From Eledone cirrhosa (lineage: Eukaryota), in assembly GCA_964016885.1 (NCBI GenBank), contig OZ024746.1, forward strand, positions 40,238,001-40,302,000: a DNA stretch of 64,000 bases, read 5' to 3'. This document shows, piece by piece, positions 54,531-64,000 of the stretch. Made by a program: the position numbers and the translations under genes. Position 1 is the first letter of the stretch. Each line of letters begins with the position of its first letter. The notes beneath the pieces are model-generated. The model saw nothing but the letters and a program-made list of their open reading frames with translations. It had not been told where the DNA came from and ran no database searches.

Positions 54531-56070
54531 CTGAAAAAAAAAGTAATAATATATTTTCATATATATATCATCATTATCATATCGGAATGGAAGCGGTAAA
54601 AACCAGTTAGACCATTACTCACCAGAGTACTCGATACTTGGGGTTGGAGAGTGGGTAATATGAAAAATTTGTGACCCCAACGGCTGAGCTCCTGCCGTTA
54701 CAACAGCTAGATCCGAACAGTTCAGATCTAGCTATTGAAATAGCAAGAGCTCAGCTGTTGGGGTCCCAAAATTTTCATATATAGGTATATATATTTACAA
54801 AATGTTTTCCAGAAGTTTTGAGACTTTTTTTAAGAGAGGCAGTTATAACTGTCCTAGATATTTGTATATATATAAATATTGATACCTTATTGATAATACT
54901 TTAAGGAGTGCTTTACGTCTGTTTACAACTGCAGTTGATAGATCAATTGATCAAACAATGTTTCTTTATTTGAATAATTATATATATATATACATATATA
55001 TATATCATCATTATTTTTAAGTCAACTTTTCGATGCTGGCATGGGTTGGAAGGAGCTTTTAGAGGTAGTGTTTTATAGCTAGATGCCCTTCCTGATACTT
55101 ACTCGTTTAGTCGCTTTATTACAAAATGCAGGGATTACATATATACATATATACTCATCATAGACATAATTATATATCTTTTTCCTCTCCCCTTCTATTC
55201 ACATTCTTAATCACTTTTGCCTTGAAGGAATGCCAACTACAGAGAATAGAGTGGACTCTTCAGGAATGCCAACTACAGAGAATAGAGTGGACTCTTCAGG
55301 TTTGTTAAAATCATGAAAATGTTTCTAGTGTCGGCGCCATCATAAAATGCAGCCTGTAAACTCTGTAAAGTAGTTGGTGTTAGGAAGATCATCCACCTAT
55401 TATATATATATATTCTTTTCCCTTTTGGTATTCATCATTGTTGTTATATACTATAGCTGGCATACATATAATACATATATTATATATATGTCTATATATA
55501 TTATTCATGGTATTTCCCTTGAATATCTTTATATGTTCACTCTGATAGAGGAATTCATTTCTCACATCATTGATTATATAAGGACAACCTCAGATAATTT
55601 GACTGGTGGTGTCTTATAGCAGCTTCAGCTTCAATGTCATACTTGAAATAATTATATATATATATGTGTGTGTGTGTATCATCATGTAACATCTGTTTTC
55701 CCTGCTAGCAAGGGTTGGACATGTCCTCACAGACCAGCCAGTTATCTAGCGGAGTCTTTGACCTACATGTAGGCCAGAAGCCCAACATACGATCCCACAC
55801 TTTACCAAGTGCATTTTATCAGAGTACCAACACCTGGGAAGATGTTGTGTTCTTGGCATGGCTAAGAAAGTCTTTCTGACTCTTTGTTTGGCAAGTTTTC
55901 TACAGCTGAATGCTCTTCTTATCACCAATCACTTTACAGAGTGTACTGGGTGCACTGGGTAAATCACCAACAATAGAAAGATTATCATGTTATTAACACA
56001 ACTGTAGAATCCTCATGAATCTTTCTTTGGCAAGTTTTCTAATATGAGATGAAAAATATTTAGAGCTTAC

Positions 56071-56183
56071 CTTTGGATGGCTAAATGGACAATTCATATT
56101 TTTACAAGTAGGAAAAAATTTACACTGAGGTGTCTGTGTGGGGGGTTGTCGCGTTGCAGGAGGTGCAACTGGGATGGTTGGAA
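56071..56183 (-). CDS. ZC3H14: ZC3H14 exon, CCCH finger 4
   Basis: (V)PTIPVAPPATRQPPTQTPQCKFFPTCKNMNCPFSHPK with TAG acceptor and GTAAGC donor. Phase 1 to 0. Confidence 0.9.
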
Positions 56184-56829
56184 CTATTTAAAAAAAACAT
56201 TTTAATTATTAATGTGGCAAAATTATATATAGTCAACATTCAAAACTACTGTATTGATATATTATGTAACAATAGAGAACTAAAATTACCCCTCAAAAAA
56301 AAAACATTTTACTTTTAATAAAGATGATTTTTTAAATGTATATTTTAAGTATTCATAAGAATAATTTTTAATGAATGAAAGTGTAAATAAAAATTCCCAA
56401 AGACAACAGCCAGAATTTTCACATTCATATATTTATTAGTTATTTTCATATAAGTACAAAGCCTTGATATTTACTTATTATGCTGATAAACTACAGCTAT
56501 CTCTCGCAATTGAGTATCACTTGATAATATGTACCATGCATTTGATAAGAATTTTTATGAGGAGACACAGACACCCTCCAAATCCTCATTCCCTTGATCT
56601 ATCAGAGCAGTCATGATGTGACAGCTGGAAAGAAGGAGGGCTGCACCAGCTCTGGGCTGGTGCTTTATTTATCAACACAGAAAAGATGAAAAGTAAAATG
56701 GAAAGTCAGTGAAATTTGAATTCAGAACACAAAAAGCCAGAATGAATATCCAACTCTCTAACGACCCCCACCAAATCAACCTCCTTTTAATATGCCTATA
56801 CATTTCTTAAAATAAGTCAATAAACTTAC

Positions 56830-56972
56830 CAGATGGCACTGTTCTTGAAGGTGCAACTGTTTTTGCAAAGCTGTGACTGAATGGGCAATCTGTTCTTGTA
56901 CATTTGCTGTCAAATTTACATTTTGGGTGGATATAAAGACAACTCTGTCCAAATTTGCATTTAGGAAATTTA
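56830..56972 (-). CDS. ZC3H14: ZC3H14 exon, CCCH fingers 2-3
   Basis: KFPKCKFGQSCLYIHPKCKFDSKCTRTDCPFSHSFAKTVAPSRTVPS with CAG acceptor and GTAAGT donor. Phase 2 to 1. Confidence 0.93.
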
Positions 56973-58261
56973 CTGAAATAAAACAGGATTAAAATAATGA
57001 GTCTAAATATTTCCAGTTAAGAGTTTAAATATTTTATCTACCTACCTAAATTAAGCTAGCTCTATAAAATAAGTATTAGGTGTACATGATCAAAAAGAGG
57101 CTGTGAGACACATACACTTGCTCTAATTTGCATTCCACCTAGCATAGAAAATGGACATTAAACAATGATGACGATGAGGCTGGTGAAATAAAAAGGAAAA
57201 TTTTGGAAGAGTTTTGCTAAGTGTATGCAATGTGGAGTACTATGTAAATTGAGCAGTAGTTATAATTTTCTTTCTCCACAAATGTACTGCTTTTGGAGCT
57301 GTTATAGTTGAGGAGCAGGTAGGAACATTACTTAAAGCTGGTAGATATCCTTTTGACAAGAGACCAGGAGGATGGACGCAATTTGAGAAACAGATGGGCT
57401 GGCAGGCTGTATGATGCACAAAAGCATATTTTGCTTTGTGAATGGTAGTTTTACGAGAATTTCAATAATGAGTAAAATCAGAATAGATTTCTATATAGAG
57501 AGAAAGATTGAAGAGTTTGGCCTTAATATGGACTAACTTTGGAATGCACTGTTTGAGGGTAATAGAAGGAATATTATCAGGGCTGGTGGCCTTGTTAGAA
57601 TTAACTGGAGTGTTTTCACATTTTGCATTCTATGTGTGTGTGTATAGAAATGAGACATTTGTAGGTGGTTAGAGAATATACAAATCAAAGCACAGATAAA
57701 AACACAAAAAGTGAATTTATTAGTCTAGAAAACTAAACTGTCATTGCATTCTACATGCTATTATCATCATATTTAAATATTCATGCTTGCTCACTACTGA
57801 CATTATATAGAATAAGGAAACTATGTAAAATAAGACAGCAAGCTAGTAAGTTACTTTTGTGAAATATGTGCAATGGAAGATAAATTAACTTCTATAAGAA
57901 CTTAATTCTGGGGTCCCCAAAGTGGCCAATATCAACTCCCAGGGGTTCGACTGAATTTTGTGGCCAAAACCTGACATTTGTATAATTAAAATGCATAGAA
58001 TAATACAATTAAATTCAACTTACTTATACAGGTTTCTGATACATATATAATTAGTGTTTATTGTCTATTTTATATTCTGTTTACTAATTTATATATTTAC
58101 TTATTTATTTTAGTACTTGCTTGAGATGGATGAGGAGTCAAAGAATCCATGGTCTAAAAATTATAGGAATCCTTGGCCCAATTCATATAGAGCATTGAAG
58201 ATTAAACAGTGATTTATTAACAGAGGAATATGTATATTACTTCTTTAGTGGATGAACTTAC

Positions 58262-58382
58262 CTGCATGGGGAAGTAGGGTGATAGTATTTACAGTGTGTA
58301 CCATTCTGACAGGAAGGCCAGAATTTACATTTTTCTGTTGATGTTTTCAAGGTTGAATTTTTATTCTCATCCACTTCTTCAT
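58262..58382 (-). CDS. ZC3H14: ZC3H14 exon, CCCH finger 1
   Basis: DEEVDENKNSTLKTSTEKCKFWPSCQNGTHCKYYHPTSPC matches the ZC3H14 E.CK.WP.C.NG..C.Y.HP motif. CAG acceptor and GTAAGT donor. Phase 1 to 2. Confidence 0.93.
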
Positions 58383-58903
58383 CTGTAAAATAAAACAGGC
58401 AAATTCATGAATAAAGACAATAATCTTTGCTGCTGTTGATAACTGTTGTTATCAGGATCATCAGTTTTATGTCAGTTTTTCAATGCTGGCATGGGTTGGA
58501 TGGGACTTAAGGAGACAGTGTTTTATATCTAAATGCCCTTCCTGATACCAACCCTTTTACTTGCCTCTTACGACTAACAGGGGTACAGTGCATGTATTCT
58601 AAAAACTAGAACACACACACAAACAAACAAAAATACTGTATCAAGCCTTTCCTTAACAATAAAGGAAATGCACGTGCTTTAAAGCCACTTCCCCTGCTCA
58701 AGCAGAGTTTAATTTTGCAAAACCCATGATAAACTTCATATCCATCATGGTGTCTTTTTTGAGACAATGTTTTATGTGTGGATGCCCTTCCTGATATCAG
58801 CCCTGCCCTTTTAGTCCCCCTCTAGCAACAAACACAGATATGATGTGCCCTCTCAAAACCAGATACACATAATATAGGAAATGTAAAAGAATAAATTCCA
58901 TAC

Positions 58904-59085
58904 CTTCATCTGTAGTGTCAGTGATATTAAAAGCTAAAGGTTTTATCTGTGCCATTTGATACTGCATAGATGTATTTGTTTCACTTTGGTCTGTTTGTGA
59001 TAGAAATGATGGCGTCTCATTCCCTTTTGCTCCATCATAGCCATCTAATGTAACAATAAACTGTGTTTTATCTTCTGTTTCTTTC
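58904..59085 (-). CDS. ZC3H14: ZC3H14 internal exon
   Basis: KETEDKTQFIVTLDGYDG...NITDTTDE. FIVTLDG is a conserved ZC3H14 motif. TAG acceptor and GTATGG donor. Phase 2 to 1. Confidence 0.9.
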
Positions 59086-60693
59086 CTAAAAACAATAACA
59101 AAAAAAAATGAGATAGAAATGAAAGTATAAAAATGTACCTGTATTACAGAATAACAAGTCAAAAATAGATTTGAATTTGATACATTCTAAATAAAATCAT
59201 TTAAATGTAGTCTTCCATACAAGTACACTTTAGCTGTAGTTGTTTAACCCTGCAAGTTAGCCTTAATAGAGCATATATTTGATCAAAAGCATTCCAGCTG
59301 TGACCCTCCTGTTTTAACTCTTTAGCATTTACATTACACTATATATACCATTGTATTTTCATGGTAAAGGCTTTATCTTATGTAATATTGAATCTATGAG
59401 ATTTTGATATTATTTATTTTGAGAACAATACTTTAACATCAGTATGAACAGCCAGTTATGGCCAGTTTAAACAGAAAGAGGTGAGATAATTCTGGCCGGA
59501 TATGGTCGGTTTAAATGCTAAAGGGTTAAGTAGTTGTCACTCTCTTCTATTATTTCTCTCCCCTAGCATATTCCTGCTCTGATTAGTGTTTCCTCCATCA
59601 CACTCATATTTTCACTCAGTTTTTATTGTCCATTCTCTTAATATGTTTCTGTTATCCAAGCCTTTTTATCCATAAACAAAGTAATGTCCAGCTATCCACT
59701 AGGTGAAAACTCTCTCTTCTTCTTTCACCCTGTCAGTCATGTTTGCCTTAAATAAATGGAGAGTGTATAGTAGAGAGAAGTATTTAGTCTTGTAGGGAGC
59801 AAGACAACCACTCTATTGTTAGTACCACAATAAAATGCATGTAGTTCATGTTAAGAACATCCAGATATAGAAACCATACCAAAAGTGTGTTTCAATTAAT
59901 TTTGAAAATAACCAAACATTTGTAGGAATTTAATAAAATAACTAAGTTTTTCATAAGTAAGCTGATATCTAGAACATTACTTAACAAACATTTCTAAAAT
60001 AAAATTATGATGAAAGGTTTTAACATAAGGTGAAACATTTTAAAACAAGCAGTTTTGTATCATAAATCCAGGGTGGTTTCAGGCAGTTTAGTATCAACAG
60101 GGTTCATATAAAACATACTCTGTACCCCCGGTAAAGTGGTTGGTGTTAGGTAGGACATCCAGTTGTAGAAAATTTTCCAATCAAAAGGTCAAGATGTCTC
60201 TTCAGTTGTGTCAAAGACATGACTACCTTTCTAGTGCTGATGGCATGATAAAATACACCCAGTACACTCTGTAGAGTGTAGGAACATATGTAAAAAATAT
60301 GTGGCCACTGGCCCATCTCAATCATCAGTAGTTCTAAGTGCTGACTTGGTCTGTGATGAACTTTCCAACCATTGCTAGCAAATAAAATGGAGTTAAATGA
60401 TGATGATGAAAAAATGTCTGTGTATGCCTGGTTTAGAATAGATACACTATACCACTGTGAGTCAAAAGAGCCAAGTGAAAGGGTTTGCACCAGAAAAGGC
60501 ATCTAGTTGTAAAATGTTGCCTCAAAAAGGATCCCATGATATGTATGAAGCCTTTCATGAGGCTTGTGCTTTTGGTTTAGCATGGAAAATGGCCATAAAA
60601 CAATCATTGTATAGTGTTTAACTGTCTCAACTATATCTATTACACTCTACCACAATGAAATATTATAACAATAAGAAAGAAACAAGATTTTAC

Positions 60694-60925
60694 TTGTTTT
60701 TTTTCACAATTCGCGCTGGTGGTGGTGTATCAACTACATTCTCATCAGAGAAATTTAATAGATCACTACACAACTGGATATCTTCATCAAACTCAATATC
60801 TGTTTTGGGTTCATTGTGTAGTTCTTCATTCATTTTCACTGAATCCAAATGTTTGATCACAGCAATTCTCTGTCCAGGCTTGTTACATTCCACTTGCCTG
60901 AGCTTGTTTTGACGAGCTTCCAGTT
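60694..60925 (-). CDS. ZC3H14: ZC3H14 internal exon
   Basis: ELEARQNKLRQVECNK...DTPPPARIVKKN with CAG acceptor and GTAAAA donor. Phase 1 to 2 fits both neighbours. Confidence 0.8.
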
Positions 60926-60961
60926 CTGGAAGATAAAAATGAACAGCAGTTGTGAAACAAA

Positions 60962-61026
<65 letters not shown>

Positions 61027-61903
61027 TATTTATAGGACAGAAGAAAGAACAGCAGCAACAAAAAAAAAAAAAAATGAAGATCACCAAGTAATTTACATTT
61101 TCATTACCTCATCTTACAGTCCATTTTGCATTGTATAGCCTTCTATCTCTTTCCATATTATATATATATATTTACAGGTAAAATTCTGTTATAACAACTA
61201 CCATTATAACAAAGTTTTTAGTATAACGAAATTTTTTCAATTCCCGAGGTAATAACAAATTGCCTTTGGTTCTACGGTACAAAAATGTTTGTTCTAAAAT
61301 GTTTATATCAATCTAAAAACCTTACATCATAATTCTATCTAAGAACCTTTGTTCAGGCAAGAACTTAATAATGAGAAAGTTAGTTATCATCATCATCATC
61401 ATCATTTTACATCTGCTTTTCCCTGCTTGCAGGGTGGGATGGGTTCTCTTTAGCACAGCATCTCTTCACTCGTCACAGTCCTTTGTCTTCTCCTCTGGGA
61501 GCTTCAGCAATCTGAGGTCAGCTCTCACCACTTTCGCCCATGTTTTCCGTGGTCTTCATCTACTGCATCTTCCTTCCACTAAAATTACTTGGCACTTCTT
61601 CAGCCAGTGGTCATCCTTCATGTGCATCACATGGCCATACCAACGTAGTTTTGTCTCCTGCACATTACAGCTTATTCCTCTTATACACAGTTTCTCTCTC
61701 AACTCGTCCATGCATGGTCATTCATGCACATTAGCATTGCATATTTTAAGATATTTAGTTATATTACTAAATATCTTAAAATTCTTGATTATTTTCAAAG
61801 TTATTTGAAAATCCTAAACAATGTCTTTCATTAGAAATATGGTAAAAAAAAAAAAGGGTTAAAAGAATGAACATAAGAAAACAAAATTATTCTCAATAGT
61901 TAC

Positions 61904-62065
61904 CATCATCATCATCTCCCAAGTCAAACTGGTTGGGTAAAGAAAAATTGTCGTGTTCAGCTAATTTAGTCTGCGTAAACAGTGGCCGTTTGTTTTTAAT
62001 TCTTTCAGACATTTTCAATTTTTTTTCAGGCACTTCATGAAACATTGGTTTTATCATGGCATGCT
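61904..62065 (-). CDS. ZC3H14: ZC3H14 internal exon
   Basis: EHAMIKPMFHEVPEKKLKMSERIK...FDLGDDDD with TAG acceptor and GTAACT donor. Phase 1 to 1. Confidence 0.78.
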
Positions 62066-62240
62066 CTAAATACAAAAACGAAAAGGAGGGAAGATTTTGT
62101 TTTAATTAAAGAGGAAATCAAGAGCATAAACTATTAAATTATAAAAATAATGCTGATAACATTGGTGGTGTCGGTAGCAGCAGCAAAGAAGAAGAGGAGA
62201 AGGAGAAAAAACAAAGAAGAATGTAAAAAAAAAAACTTGA

Positions 62241-62275
<35 letters not shown>

Positions 62276-62373
62276 AGAGATGTCAACATGAATGGACCTG
62301 TTATTTTTATCTAAAGACATTTTTTCCAATTCCAACCCGCCCGTCCCCTCAATCTATCTTATTTCTCATTCTT

Positions 62374-62409
62374 TCTTCTGATGAAGGACTAGTGTCCGAA
62401 ACGTTAAGA
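62374..62409 (+). ncRNA. Minimal type I hammerhead ribozyme motif (PLE pseudo-LTR)
   Basis: TCTT-CTGATGA-a-GGAC-tagt-GTCC-GAAA-CG-TT-AAGA, with a palindromic ACGT stem III. The upstream 62290-62370 matches 18015-18105, next to the PLE GIY-YIG fragment. Confidence 0.78.
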
Positions 62410-62865
62410 CCCTCTTCCTGCTATATCAAGCGTTAACCTAATATATCCCTTCCATATACTGTACCGATTGTATTGTTATTTCTGTTTATCTTTTACATAC
62501 ATATATATATGTATATGTATGTGTGTGTGTGTATACATGTGTATGTGTATATATATATATGTGTGTGTGTATATATTGGGTATGAATCGAAGTTGTAGCT
62601 GCAATATAGCAGGTATATTTGAATATATATATCCTTTTCTTCTTGAAATCATCAGAGAACTGATTCTGGAGCCAAGATATTTAGCCTTCAACAGCTTCAA
62701 TAATCTGGCCATTAGGCATTTGAATGTCACTGACATTGGTGTGTTCTGGCCTAGTTGGTGTTAAGTCCAACTCATTGGGCATTCTTTTCTGTTCTATGAA
62801 GGTGTTGGATTGCTTCTACAGAGGAGTCCAACTGAGCATATAATAAATAATAGATTTACACTTAC

Positions 62866-62966
62866 CAGCAGTTCGTTTTTCTTGCGTAGCTAACGATTTA
62901 TGAGCATCTTTCACTGCTTTCAGTAACAGACATTTATTAGCTTGTAGCTCTGGAGGTATACTGGAT
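62866..62966 (-). CDS. ZC3H14: ZC3H14 internal exon
   Basis: SSIPPELQANKCLLLKAVKDAHKSLATQEKRTA resembles the ZC3H14 motif PSLPPSKQANKNLILKAISEA. CAG acceptor and GTAAGT donor. Phase 2 to 1. Confidence 0.9.
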
Positions 62967-63917
62967 CTGAAGTAGAAGATTAAAACATTTTCTTCAAATC
63001 AAAATTAACTCATTTAACACTTTAGCATTTACATTACTCTATATTTACTATTATATTTTCACAGTAAAGGTTTTATCTCACATAATATTGAATCTATGAG
63101 ATTTTGATATTATTTATTTTGAGAACAATACCTTAACATAAGTATGAGTGGCTGGTTACAGCCGATTTGAACAGAAAGAGGTGAGATAATTCTGACCGGA
63201 TCAGCCAGTTTAAATGCTAAAGGGTCAAACAAAAACAAAAGAGGAAAATGAAAAACCCTCACCTGCTTTGTTTATGAGGGTAAACTTTATCTGACACATT
63301 TCTATCAACTAGGTGCAAGGCTAAAGGACAAGATATACAGTTGAATAAACTGTAGTTTATTACAGGTACTTATTGTATTATATCATCCTGGAGAGATGAA
63401 AGGAAGAATATAGAAGGATGAAATTAAAGATCGTAAAACATTTTGTCCTTTTGATATAAGAGAAAGACTAATTGTTTTTATATCTGTTTTTCCATGCATG
63501 CATAGGTTGGATAAAGACTGGAATTTAGCCTTGCTGAAGGACACAACAGATAACCCAGTCTGGGAATCAAATCCATGTATTCACTCTTGATATAGCATCA
63601 TCATCATCATCGTATAACATCCATTTTCCATGCTAGCATGTCTTAAACAGGTTGTCTCATTTGAGGTAAGTTGGGTCAGGTGATCGTGTCTTAATCATAT
63701 CGGACTGTTTCTAGCTAGGGTTATATGGCTGAATGCCCTTCCTAACGCCAACCACATTCAGTATGTGCTGGGTGCTTTTTGTCCTGACTCCTACATGACG
63801 ACGTTACAGTGTGGGCTGGGTGCTTTTTGTCGTGACATCTACACAATCACTTTACAGAAAGAAAATAACATAACTTGCACAAGATATAGTTAAATAGAGT
63901 TTGTTGTATCAACTTAC

Positions 63918-64000
63918 TTCCTTTCTGTGACACGAATAACACTAGCAACACTGCCATAAGATGGATTATATGGATCATATTCCTCTTCTTCTTCACTAGA
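63918..64000 (-). CDS. ZC3H14: ZC3H14 exon, truncated by the window edge
   Basis: SSEEEEEYDPYNPSYGSVASVIRVTER plus AA, then GTAAGT donor. Phase 2 joins the 62966 exon in frame. Confidence 0.85.

Overview
This is AT-rich, repeat-dense animal genomic DNA. The SINE, LINE and microsatellite content suggests an octopus or other coleoid cephalopod (inference). Two host genes are supported, both on the minus strand. (1) The 3' half of ZC3H14/Nab2: nine phase-consistent coding exons from 64000 to 54421, including all five CCCH fingers, with an unresolved 3' end. (2) An EFHD/swiprosin-1-like gene present as two homologous 167-nt first coding exons (13349-13515 and 29516-29682). I found no downstream EFHD exons between them, which suggests duplicated alternative promoters/first exons. 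The 16 kb between these exons holds Penelope-like element (PLE) remnants, long AT tracts, local palindromes and at least six hammerhead-ribozyme-like motifs, one of them a near-perfect two-strand palindrome. Other elements are RTE-type LINEs (one with a PHD finger inside the RT, one with a twin-priming inversion), an RLE-type LINE fragment, Nin-domain and other tRNA-derived SINEs, piggyBac-, hAT- and Tc1-type MITEs, minisatellites, and a ~240-bp inverted repeat enclosing an exon-like segment downstream of the last ZC3H14 finger exon. Most ORFs in the supplied track are microsatellite artefacts. All analysis was by eye and coordinates of repeat ends are approximate.
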